Assembly (NCBI GenBank): GCA_963674745.2
Contig: CAXXDV010000003.1
Span: 1,664,001-1,728,000, forward strand
Length of the DNA stretch: 64,000 bases
Reading direction: 5' to 3'
Origin: Desulfosudaceae bacterium
Lineage (GTDB): Bacteria; Desulfobacterota; Desulfobacteria; Desulfobacterales; Desulfosudaceae
Part shown: piece by piece, positions 10,937 through 19,989 of the stretch
Layout of the letters: each line of letters starts with the position of its first letter
Numbering within the stretch: the first letter of the stretch is position 1
Program-made: the position numbers and the translations under genes
The notes under the pieces: generated by a model
Told to the model about the DNA's origin: nothing
The model's database searches: none
The model's input: only the letters and a program-made list of their open reading frames with translations

Positions 10937-11485
10937 ATGAAAAAACTTACCATACCAACACTGGTTATTCTCATTGTTTTTTGCCTGTTTGTTACGTTAT
11001 CAATATCTGCCGACAAACGGAAGCTCGCTACGCAACCTGCAACACAAAAACAGATGCTCACACCACAGACACAAATTAATGCGGGCTCGGTGGCGGCCAA
11101 AATTCCGAAAATAGCGGACTTAAAAGTCGATACGATTCATTCCTACAATTGCGGATGCGAACTGGAAGGTGTCGATGCGTTCTATATGGCAAATATTATG
11201 GTAGATGTTGCCAATGCCAGTGGTGTCCCGACATCATCTACGTTGACCTTAACCTATCATGATCTTGTAGCAGGTCCGCAGACGGTGATAAAAAGTATTT
11301 CTACCCTGAATTCGTATCCGACGAATCCATGGGCACTTCAACGATTTGTTGTTGTAAACCACCCGGTGCTGGTAAAAAAATCAACCGGTATCAGAGCGGA
11401 AATTCAACCAACGCCACCGACTACGGAATCGAATCCGGTCAATAATGTTAAAATTGTGAACCGTTGTGATATTATGGTTTACTAA
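10937..11485 (+). CDS. Secreted protein with CARDB-like Ig domain
   Basis: Signal peptide MKKLTIPTLVILIVFCLFVTLSISA; ADLKV...TESNPVNN resembles CARDB end motifs; visibly AT-richer than the neighbouring genes. Confidence 0.6.
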   Translation: MKKLTIPTLVILIVFCLFVTLSISADKRKLATQPATQKQMLTPQTQINAGSVAAKIPKIADLKVDTIHSYNCGCELEGVDAFYMANIMVDVANASGVPTSSTLTLTYHDLVAGPQTVIKSISTLNSYPTNPWALQRFVVVNHPVLVKKSTGIRAEIQPTPPTTESNPVNNVKIVNRCDIMVY

Positions 11486-11538
11486 TTGAACCACCATTGA
11501 ATTGATTTAAAATAATAAATCATTCTGCCGTTCAAGCT

Positions 11539-11588
11539 GCGGTGAGGTCTCCATGCGTATCACACGGCCAGGCCTCACCGCTTTTTTT
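11539..11588 (+). terminator. Probable intrinsic terminator
   Basis: gcggtgaggtct / aggcctcaccgc stem followed by 7 T. Confidence 0.75.
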
Positions 11589-11643
11589 GACAACCTCTAT
11601 TACAACCGCTTGTGGATGAAAACAAGTCCCCCCCCCCTCTTTC

Positions 11644-11708
11644 ACCTGACCTTTATCTGCGTCCATGCTTCCAAGTACCTGCCTCTCAGTGGAAAACACC
11701 AGAAAGAC
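11644..11708 (+). repeat. Copy 2: decayed duplicate of a segment near the radical SAM gene 3' end
   Basis: Translates LTFICVHASKYLPLSGKHQKD versus LTFIGAHASNYLPVSGKLQKD in the intact gene. Confidence 0.85.
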
Positions 11709-11936
11709 CAGGGAGAATCGATGAAAAACGACGTCAAACGGCTACTGTTCTCCGCCTTGGCGGCCACCTATTTTGCCGCTTAACTGGTGGCGGAAAACAT
11801 GATTATCAGCCGGGCCGACAAAGCTTTTAACGAACGGTTATTAAAAGAAGCACAGGCCCGCAGGCGCATGGGGGCCGGTTCCTTGAGCGATGAATTGAAT
11901 TTCGAAATACGGGTCAACAAGGACATGCCGGTCCGG

Positions 11937-13157
11937 TTATTCGGGCGGATGATAGCCCGGCCCGCTTATAGAAAAAGGCGAAAGTCTTCCGATTATTCTG
12001 GCGGCACCCAGCTTAAATCCCTGCCCGACTGAAAGATCACGGCCTTTGGCTTCGAGGTAGCGGTCGGCGTAATAATCCAGCAGGTTTTTTGACGGCGGGG
12101 AATAATTGCTTCTTTCTCTTAACGTTATCGCGTTTTGCTGGTCGCAGGCGGTTACACAAAGGCCGCAGCCGATACAGCGGGCGTAATCGATTTTAGCCGG
12201 CGGGGTCTTCTTTTCCCAGGTGATGGCTTCCATGGGGCAAATTTGGGCACATTTCCCACAGGCGTTACACTTATCATCCACCACCTGGGCTTCAAAGCGG
12301 CTGCCGGCGACGATGGTCGGGATATTGTGAATCTTCAACATCCTTAAGGCCCCGCAGCAGCAGGAACAGCAGGAGCAGACCTGGAGGGGGTTCACCAGAT
12401 TGTCCGTCATGTTGACCAGCCCGGCTTCCGCGGCCATTGTTTTGGCTTCGATGTATTCTTTTTTGGAAACCCTTCTGGCAAGGCCTTTGTCTATAGCGAA
12501 ATCAGCCAGCCAGCCCATGGCGGAACACACGTCCAGCGGTTTGTCGCAGCCTTCACCGATCAGGCGTTTTTCCTGTCGACAGGAACAGGGCACAAGACAA
12601 AAACTGTTGTTCCGATCAATGGTCTCCATAAAGCTGTCGGTTAAATGGGGAATAATGCCGCCGGCGTTTTCCAGAGATTTTTCCACGGGAATAATCCTGG
12701 TAAAACGAAGGTCCTTTCCCGCCACACTTTTTTTCACCCAGGGCATTATTTCTTCATAAAATTCAGAAAAAAGAGAAGCGAATTGTATGAAATAATCGCT
12801 TAATGCCTCGTTATCCTCTTCATTTTTGGATCTTATCATCTGCGCTTCAAAAAGTCCGGGAACAAAGTTTAAAAAGGCATAGGTTTGCACGCCCATTATT
12901 TTTAAACCGGTTATCAAAAAACGATTTGCCAGCGATTCCAGAATGGGCCGGACTTCGGCTACCGGCCTTTTGGCACGGCGGGCAATTTGCGCTGTTGTTT
13001 TATTGGTGAAGGTCAAATTCAGAACGAGTGTCGCTTCTTCTTCGGTAAAAGCCAGAGCAACCAGTTTTTTAAGCGAATCCGGCATGGGCACATCCTTGAG
13101 GTTCTCTTTATAAAGGAATTTCTCGGCTAATTTCACATGGGCTTCGCTTATGTTCAT
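11937..13157 (-). CDS. Cys-rich 4Fe-4S dicluster-binding protein with N-terminal winged-helix-like region
   Basis: CSCR, CSCCSCCCG, CNACGKCAQICP, CIGCGLCVTAC. Confidence 0.85.
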   Translation of the reverse strand: MNISEAHVKLAEKFLYKENLKDVPMPDSLKKLVALAFTEEEATLVLNLTFTNKTTAQIARRAKRPVAEVRPILESLANRFLITGLKIMGVQTYAFLNFVPGLFEAQMIRSKNEEDNEALSDYFIQFASLFSEFYEEIMPWVKKSVAGKDLRFTRIIPVEKSLENAGGIIPHLTDSFMETIDRNNSFCLVPCSCRQEKRLIGEGCDKPLDVCSAMGWLADFAIDKGLARRVSKKEYIEAKTMAAEAGLVNMTDNLVNPLQVCSCCSCCCGALRMLKIHNIPTIVAGSRFEAQVVDDKCNACGKCAQICPMEAITWEKKTPPAKIDYARCIGCGLCVTACDQQNAITLRERSNYSPPSKNLLDYYADRYLEAKGRDLSVGQGFKLGAARIIGRLSPFSISGPGYHPPE

Positions 13158-13175
13158 GGTGCGCCTTTTTTCTGA

Positions 13176-13883
13176 TTAACGATAATGTTTGTCCAATCCG
13201 GGATATCTGATATAAATATCATCCACGGCACGATCCTGTACTTTTTTCAGTTTTGTCTGAAGTCGCTTTCGTGATTTATCCGTGGCTACGGACAACAGGA
13301 CAAGCAACACCCCGGATTCCAGCCTGGCCAGGAGCGCTTCGTCACTGATTTCCCTCAGACCCCAGTCTTCAACGGCAAGACGGTAGCAGTAAAATATCTC
13401 CGCAGCCACGAGAACCGGCGAAACGTTATTGACAAAATACCCTTTTGTTTGAGCAGCAGACGTTATGTCGGAAAGCATATCCAGAATTTCAGTAAACAAG
13501 GCAATTGCGTAAGGACCGGAGCGCCTTTCCGCTTTAAAATATTCGACGGCCATGATGGGACGAAGGACCCTGGCGTTCTGGATCAAATATTTTACGGGTT
13601 CGGTGGTAATCTCCAGAATAGCGGAAAAAGGATCATTTTTACTTCTGGCCTGCAGATACGGCGTCACATCGTTCAGTGCGTTTTCCAGAAGCGCTGTTAA
13701 AATATCGTCTTTGTTGCCAAAAAGGTTGTAAAGGGTGGTGACTGAGAACCCGGCCATCTTGCCTAAAGCCCGCATGGTAAGGCCCTCGGGCCCATTTTTT
13801 GAGACTATTCTGGCGGCTGTTTTCAGTATCTTCTGTTTGCGTTTTTCAATATTTTGTTCTCGTTTGTTCAATGTATTTTCCAC
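13176..13883 (-). CDS. TetR/AcrR family regulator
   Basis: GLTMRALGKMAGFSVTTLYNLFGNKDDIL HTH; probable GTG start at 13883, just downstream of the operator. Confidence 0.9.
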   Translation of the reverse strand: MENTLNKREQNIEKRKQKILKTAARIVSKNGPEGLTMRALGKMAGFSVTTLYNLFGNKDDILTALLENALNDVTPYLQARSKNDPFSAILEITTEPVKYLIQNARVLRPIMAVEYFKAERRSGPYAIALFTEILDMLSDITSAAQTKGYFVNNVSPVLVAAEIFYCYRLAVEDWGLREISDEALLARLESGVLLVLLSVATDKSRKRLQTKLKKVQDRAVDDIYIRYPGLDKHYR

Positions 13884-13887
13884 CCAT

Positions 13888-13932
13888 ATAAAATGTAACA
13901 TTGTTACAAGTTGTAACAATGTTACATTTTAT
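13888..13932. promoter_or_regulatory. 45-bp palindromic double operator overlapping the TetR promoter
   Basis: ataaaaTGTAACAtTGTTACAagtTGTAACAaTGTTACAttttat; minus-strand TTGATA-17-TACAAC overlaps it. Confidence 0.85.
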
Positions 13933-14137
13933 TATCAAGCCCTATCTGAAAATACTACCCGAAGGGTTCAGTTGGCGTAATGTTTCAGGCAGGCAACGGG
14001 CAATCGACGAAAATTTGACATACAAAATTGATTTTGCTATTTAAAACAGCCATAAAGCGTGCTTCATGTTTTTCATAAATCAGTAGAACGGCCGACGCTG
14101 ACAGTTAATACAAACAACGTTTTCGTGGAGTTTCAAT

Positions 14138-14953
14138 ATGCCGGACCAAACTATCACCGAACAAACCCACATCATCGACGGCCGCGCTGTATGTGTTCAT
14201 ACGAGTCCAATGCGAAAACCGGATTTCCCCACCCTGCTTTTGATCCACGGTGGTTGGGGCAGCGCCGTTATGCACTGGGCGCCGGTTTGGGGCGCTCTGG
14301 CCGAACACGTCCGGGTTGTCGCACCGGAGCTGCCGGGTATGGGATACGGCAGTGCGCCCATTGCTTCAACCGTACCGAATTTCAGTCAATGGCTGGAACG
14401 CCTGATGGATCATCTGGAAATCGAACAGGTTTGGGCCGCCGGCAACTCAATGGGCGGAGCCATTGCCTGGCAACTGGCGCTGAACGCACCTGATCGTGTG
14501 AAAGGCTTGATACTGATCAACGGCGGCCCTCTGCCGCCCCTTTCCAAAAATGTGCAACGCTTCGCCAGGACGCGCCCGGGGCGGATGCTTGTCAGGATCA
14601 TTGCAAAACGGGTCGCTTTTTCATTAAAAGCGGTCGAGTCGGCCTTTGCCGATCTTTCGAGCGTCCCCGGACCACTGATTGACCTCTGCCAACGCCGCCG
14701 TTCGCCACAACTGCTGGTCACAACCGACGTGATTATTGACGGCTCAATCTCAAAGGCGATACCCGGTCAGCCAGGCTTGATCATATGGGGAACCGAGGAC
14801 CGCCTGCATGGCAGCCGGCCGGACCAGGCGAAACGGTTAAAACATCGACTGCATGACGCACGATTGGTCGAAATAAGGGACGCCGGTCATATGCCGCAGG
14901 TTGAACAGCCCCGGCTGGTGATCGATGCATTAGCCGGGTTCGTGGGATTTTAA
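14138..14953 (+). CDS. Alpha/beta-fold hydrolase
   Basis: LLIHGG, GNSMGG nucleophile, WGTED, AGHMPQVE. Confidence 0.9.
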   Translation: MPDQTITEQTHIIDGRAVCVHTSPMRKPDFPTLLLIHGGWGSAVMHWAPVWGALAEHVRVVAPELPGMGYGSAPIASTVPNFSQWLERLMDHLEIEQVWAAGNSMGGAIAWQLALNAPDRVKGLILINGGPLPPLSKNVQRFARTRPGRMLVRIIAKRVAFSLKAVESAFADLSSVPGPLIDLCQRRRSPQLLVTTDVIIDGSISKAIPGQPGLIIWGTEDRLHGSRPDQAKRLKHRLHDARLVEIRDAGHMPQVEQPRLVIDALAGFVGF

Positions 14954-14970
14954 AAAAGTACCCTTCTTAT

Positions 14971-15693
14971 TCAGATACCCTGCTGTGACAGATTACGGCT
15001 GATGGCAGACCTTACCGACACCAGCAGGTCCTCTTTTTCATCTTCAGAATAATCAGCCGTTTCTATGGGCGGAGAAATAATGACCCGGATAATGCCAGGC
15101 TTGATGCGCAGTTTATGTTTCGGCAGCAGATTGTGGCTGTTGGCAATGGTAATCGGCACAATAGGCAACCGAGCCTTGAGCGCCAGCATGACGCCGCCTT
15201 TTTTAAACGCCATTAAACGTCCGTCCGGGCTGCGCGTCCCCTCGGCAAAAAAAAGGGCGCTGATGCCGTTGCGAAGTTCCGCAATGGACTGGTTAAGTCG
15301 CTGCAAAGCGGCTGGATTGTTTTCCCTGTCAATAAATATCATTTTCGCCATACGGGTCGCCAGGCCGAAAACCGGTATGCGTGAAAGGGAGCTTTTGGCC
15401 ACAAAACGCAGCGGATGCGGCAGAGCCAGAGCCAACGCAGGCGGATCCAGGTGGCTGGCATGATTGGACATAAAAACGTAGGAGCAATCCGCCTGAAGAT
15501 GCTCCCGACCATCTATCTGAATTTTGACCCGGTGCGCTTTGCACAGGACCCAGGCCCAGGCCCGGCAGAAGAAAAATGTCAGCCGGCCGGTTTTACTGAA
15601 CGGGGCCAGGAGAATAACCGCACTTCCCATAATCAGGGTATCAATCGTGATGACGATTGATGTCCAGAATATCATGGGAATTGTGGTTGACAT
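14971..15693 (-). CDS. plsC: 1-acyl-sn-glycerol-3-phosphate acyltransferase family
   Basis: SNHASHLD (HxxxxD), FIDR, FAEGTRS, LPIVP. Confidence 0.88.
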   Translation of the reverse strand: MSTTIPMIFWTSIVITIDTLIMGSAVILLAPFSKTGRLTFFFCRAWAWVLCKAHRVKIQIDGREHLQADCSYVFMSNHASHLDPPALALALPHPLRFVAKSSLSRIPVFGLATRMAKMIFIDRENNPAALQRLNQSIAELRNGISALFFAEGTRSPDGRLMAFKKGGVMLALKARLPIVPITIANSHNLLPKHKLRIKPGIIRVIISPPIETADYSEDEKEDLLVSVRSAISRNLSQQGI

Positions 15694-15898
15694 CTTTTTT
15701 ACTTAAAAGATTGATTATTAAATGACAAGTCAAAAACAATCCTGCTGCGTGTATTACATTTTTTTTACATTTGCGCTTTTTTATCCCTAAAAGATTGTTT
15801 TAAAGGCCAGAAACAATTATTTTGAAAAATATATCATAGCGGATATCACTGAAACCTTTTTTAAACGATCTTGTCTTGAATGAACAAGGAGAAATCAT

Positions 15899-16693
15899 AT
15901 GGGACGTAAAATTATTGATCTGTCCATTGCCATTGAAGCCGGGCTTCCCAGTGACCCGGAAATGATGATACCGCAGATCGACTACCTGACCCACGAGCAG
16001 GGAGCCGACCAGATGCAGATGTTTTTCCCGGGCCTGGACAAAGATCAGCTTCCCGGCAGCCTGGGATGGGCGGTCGAATTTGTTCATTTAACCACCCATT
16101 CAGGTACCCACCTGGACGCGCCCTTTCACTATCACCCCTATTCCGACGGCGGGAAAGACGCCCTGACCATCGACCAGATTCCTCTGGACTGGTGCCTGCA
16201 GGACGGCGTGGTGTTGGACTTCAGCCACAAGGCCGACGGTGAGCGCATTACGGCTGCTGACGTAAAGGCCAAGTTGAAAGAAATCGGGTATACCATCAAG
16301 CCCCTGGATATTGTGTTGATTCGCACCGGGGCCGATGCCTTCTGGGGACAACCGGAATACCTGGTCAAAGGGGCGGGCATGACGCGGGAATCAACCCTGT
16401 TCCTTTTAGACCAGGGGGTGAAAGTGGTCGGCATCGATGCCTGGTCGTGGGACCGCCCCCTGCCCTTTCTGGCCGAGGAGTTTCAGAAAACCGGCGACCC
16501 GTCCGTGATCTGGGAAGCTCATTTTGCCGGTATTGAAAAAGGGTATTGTCACATGGAAAAAATGGCCAACCTGGATCAGATCCCGGTGGCCCACGGATTT
16601 CAGGTGGGCTGCTTCCCGGTTAAAATCAAGTCCGCCTCGGCCGGGTGGACACGTCCGGTGGCCATCATTGATTATCCTGAACGAGAGGATTAA
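15899..16693 (+). CDS. Cyclase-family (kynurenine formamidase-like) metal hydrolase
   Basis: THSGTHLDAPFH, VGIDAWSWD, HMEK. Confidence 0.9.
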   Translation: MGRKIIDLSIAIEAGLPSDPEMMIPQIDYLTHEQGADQMQMFFPGLDKDQLPGSLGWAVEFVHLTTHSGTHLDAPFHYHPYSDGGKDALTIDQIPLDWCLQDGVVLDFSHKADGERITAADVKAKLKEIGYTIKPLDIVLIRTGADAFWGQPEYLVKGAGMTRESTLFLLDQGVKVVGIDAWSWDRPLPFLAEEFQKTGDPSVIWEAHFAGIEKGYCHMEKMANLDQIPVAHGFQVGCFPVKIKSASAGWTRPVAIIDYPERED

Positions 16694-16779
16694 AACTCAA
16701 GGGACGGGATAAGGTGAAAATGTAGAGACCGGATCTGTGCCGTTTTTAAAATCTGAAAAACAAACCCTGAAAAAACCGT

Positions 16780-16856
16780 TTAACCCGAATATCCTTCCGT
16801 TACAGACCTTTTTGGTTATATCCATGACGGAGGCACAAGTAGGATATTCGGGTTAA
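16780..16856. repeat. Intergenic element with perfect 16-bp inverted repeats
   Basis: ttaacccgaatatcct ... aggatattcgggttaa, inner tccgtta/tgacgga arms; lies between convergent genes. Confidence 0.8.
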
Positions 16857-16920
16857 CGGCCGCTCAACCAACTTTATATATCATTCACAGCACGTTCTTT
16901 TTTAAAAGGCATGCCGATTG

Positions 16921-17430
16921 TCAGCGCTTAAATAATTCTTTCGTTTTGACGTTGCTGTTCATCCATTTTTCAATCACAGTCAACAACACTTCCCTGCGAA
17001 TGGGTTTAAGCAGTAAATCATCCATACCGGCTTGAACATACCAGCTTTTTTCATGACTTTCGGCTCCTGCGGTAACGGCGACAATAGAGATATGCCGTGG
17101 CATTGCTCCGGATGGGACTTCCGCCGGGACGGATTGTTCCGCTTCCCATTGACGTATGGCCCGGGTCGCGTTAATCCCATTCAGTACGGGCATCTGAATA
17201 TCCATTAAAATCATGCTGTAATCATCTGGAGCAGATATATACCGTTCAACAGCCGCTTTGCCGTTTTCGACGGTTGTTATGAAATATCCGGCCCGTTCAA
17301 GCATTAGGGAGACGACCTTCTGATTAATGGGATTGTCTTCCGCCAGAAGGATGTTCCCGGGAATCTCAGTTTTGATGTCATCCTCGTTGGCGTCTAGCGA
17401 CATTTGAAAAGATTTTTTTGAAACGTCCAT
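16921..17430 (-). CDS. Stand-alone response regulator receiver domain
   Basis: ILLAEDN, ILMDIQMP (phospho-Asp), GMDDLLLKP; hybrid-kinase-type receiver. Confidence 0.88.
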   Translation of the reverse strand: MDVSKKSFQMSLDANEDDIKTEIPGNILLAEDNPINQKVVSLMLERAGYFITTVENGKAAVERYISAPDDYSMILMDIQMPVLNGINATRAIRQWEAEQSVPAEVPSGAMPRHISIVAVTAGAESHEKSWYVQAGMDDLLLKPIRREVLLTVIEKWMNSNVKTKELFKR

Positions 17431-17707
17431 TTATTGGTCAACATCCAAGTAACTTGCCTGCCTGATTTATCCTCACTTTGACCGGATTGACGGTTCAGGC
17501 CAATCTCAGTCTTATTTGAAAAGCACCCCCCTCTCCTCGTTGCCTTTTCTTTATGCCCCTTATTGTGGCCTGTATGTTTGGAAACCTGATGATGATCCAG
17601 CGTATTATTTGATTTCTATTTTTTTTATGATATTATTTCAAGCTAAATATGATTGATGAAACAAAACAGTGTTTCAACATGAAATGATTTGAAATTTCAA
17701 TTGGAGA

Positions 17708-19960
17708 ATGAAACACACCATGAATAAAAAAAACAGCAACATTGATATGCAAAACGCAAAATACGCGTTGCTTGGCATGATCCCCTCAGCCGAGGCTTAT
17801 GCCGACTTCAAGTCGGATATGCGCAAAGGGGCGTCGGACATCATACCTGAAATTATCGAATATGCGGTCTCGTACCAACTGATACGGGAAAAGACGGAAA
17901 CCGCTTTTATGGCTTTTCTGGAGCACAACCCGGTAACCCATCCGCCAGTGACAGAAGGCATGACCTTTTCCGATCTGTTGAGCCAGGTTCTGGGCACCAA
18001 ATCGGTGAACAGTCTTCTGGAGACCATCAACGAATTTGCCCAACGGTTCCGGATGATGCCTGTTCAAGCCTCGATGTTCAGCCGCCTGAGAAAAAACTTA
18101 AACCCCAATACGCCGAAAAAACGAAACGCCTTAAGACTGCTGGCATTCTGGATAGGATCAAAGCAACCGGAACTGGGATGGAACTATGAAATGCTGGTGA
18201 AGATGGCCGACGCCCGGACCGATGAGCCGGTGGCGATAGAGGAAACAGAAGGGGTTCGTATCGTCTTTGCGCTCCAGGCAGTCGGCGACATTCTCGATAT
18301 CAAGGCCGTCAACTGGCTGAAATCCGAACTTCATAAATGCATTTACGACCTCAACCTGCACTATATCCAACCGGGCAAAATCGCCTTCACCCTGTCGACC
18401 GCACATATCGATATCCCCAAAGCGCCGGGGCCCGCCGGTGAACCCCGCCTGTATGCCAGGGCCATCCGGGACAGCCTGGCCTTGGCCTACCAGATGCCTA
18501 TCCGCTGGGCTCTGTCGAAACACAGCAGCCGTGAGCGTTCGATTATCATCGCCATAAACGCGGGTCCGTTTGACCTGGCGGACAAATATATCCAGATGCT
18601 GTTTGCAGCCCAAAAAATGGGGATCACCCCCATACGAATGTCTGATTTTGCCCGACTGTGCGCCAAGCTGTCCGACATCAAAGTAAAATTCAGCAGTAAC
18701 GTTGAAGAGCTGATGATTGGATTTCCGGGGGCAACCCTTTCAAAAGTATGGCACGTTGATTCCTTCTGGTCTTATCTATATTATGACTTCGTTCCCGAGT
18801 TGCTTGAGGAAGATGTTATGCCCACCACCCGTGAAGCCTACGAGGCCTTTCGAAACGAGCTCTTTTTTCCCGACCAGGCCGAATGCCGCAATAAAGCATT
18901 GTCCGCCATACGCAAATTCCCGCAGGATTCGCTACTGGCTATCGAAGTCGCCCGAATCCTTATCGCCAAACGGATGCTGTATGAAGCCGAAGAAATCCTG
19001 TCCGCCGTACTGGCCGCTTATCCGCAGCACGTGGTGGCACGAACCTGCCGGGGGATTATCTATCATTATCTGTCCCTGTATCAAAAGGACCCGGAACTGG
19101 CCGAGGCCTATTTTTACCGGTCCGTCCGGGAAATCGATGTGCTTGAGAGCAACCATTCGGATGAAGCCGAAGCCCTCACCGAATCCGGACTGCTTTATTA
19201 TACCCGTGCGATTCAATTGCTGGTCGCCTTTCGAAAGAAAAAAAGTCAATTTAACCGAGATGAAACCGTCAAAAAATGCACTGCTATTTTAAGCAATGCC
19301 TTACGGCTGTTTAATAAAAGTGCGGCCGTGGCACCGATTACGGATATGAGAGCCGAATTCTGGGTCAGGCAGACCACGATCCTGATGATGATGCTGGAAA
19401 AGGACAAAGCCACCCTGCTGAGCAGTAAAACCATGACCGACCGATACGATATTATCTACAACATTTCACGACAGACTTATCAGTTCCTCGGCTGGCTCAG
19501 GGATGATTCCGAGGACGATCACCGGTTTTTCCAGGAACGGCTGAACAATCTGATGAGGCAATACGCGGAAGATGTTTCGGTGACGAACTTCACCCCCAGT
19601 ATAAAATGCATCTCTGCCGGCTTTCTGTGGAACACGCTGCCCGAAGTAACCGTCGGCATGGCCAAGCTGATCATTTACCTTTACCAGGAAGCCATTCAGG
19701 ACGTAGAGCGGTTGTCACGATTCAACATCGGCGTTTATTCCGCCTCGGGTTGCTACACCATGGTCCAGTCATCCGAACATTTCATAAACAACGCGCAAAA
19801 GTATATCCGACTTCTGGAAGATGTGTTAAAGGATGATCTAAATCAACCGGATGATTACCTGATCCCCAGGGATAAAATCAGAAAGGTAGCCCTGCCCTTT
19901 GCCCTGCTGGACGATGAGGTGGAAAGCGGCATCATTTTCAAAACCGGAGAAGTCCTGTAA
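17708..19960 (+). CDS. Large hypothetical protein; probable HTH-like + nucleotide-cyclase-like + TPR domains
   Basis: 750-aa ORF with TPR-like helices (EVARILIAKRMLYEAEEILSAVLAAYPQH); domain calls are by eye, see findings. Confidence 0.6.
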   Translation: MKHTMNKKNSNIDMQNAKYALLGMIPSAEAYADFKSDMRKGASDIIPEIIEYAVSYQLIREKTETAFMAFLEHNPVTHPPVTEGMTFSDLLSQVLGTKSVNSLLETINEFAQRFRMMPVQASMFSRLRKNLNPNTPKKRNALRLLAFWIGSKQPELGWNYEMLVKMADARTDEPVAIEETEGVRIVFALQAVGDILDIKAVNWLKSELHKCIYDLNLHYIQPGKIAFTLSTAHIDIPKAPGPAGEPRLYARAIRDSLALAYQMPIRWALSKHSSRERSIIIAINAGPFDLADKYIQMLFAAQKMGITPIRMSDFARLCAKLSDIKVKFSSNVEELMIGFPGATLSKVWHVDSFWSYLYYDFVPELLEEDVMPTTREAYEAFRNELFFPDQAECRNKALSAIRKFPQDSLLAIEVARILIAKRMLYEAEEILSAVLAAYPQHVVARTCRGIIYHYLSLYQKDPELAEAYFYRSVREIDVLESNHSDEAEALTESGLLYYTRAIQLLVAFRKKKSQFNRDETVKKCTAILSNALRLFNKSAAVAPITDMRAEFWVRQTTILMMMLEKDKATLLSSKTMTDRYDIIYNISRQTYQFLGWLRDDSEDDHRFFQERLNNLMRQYAEDVSVTNFTPSIKCISAGFLWNTLPEVTVGMAKLIIYLYQEAIQDVERLSRFNIGVYSASGCYTMVQSSEHFINNAQKYIRLLEDVLKDDLNQPDDYLIPRDKIRKVALPFALLDDEVESGIIFKTGEVL

Positions 19961-19989
19961 TAGGGAGCTCCCATAAAGGAGATTTTGGC

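Noticed and set aside
11553..12032. Short + strand ORFs (76, 72 and 81 aa)
   Set aside because: They span a terminator, the decayed repeat and the opposite-strand gene end; no independent coding evidence
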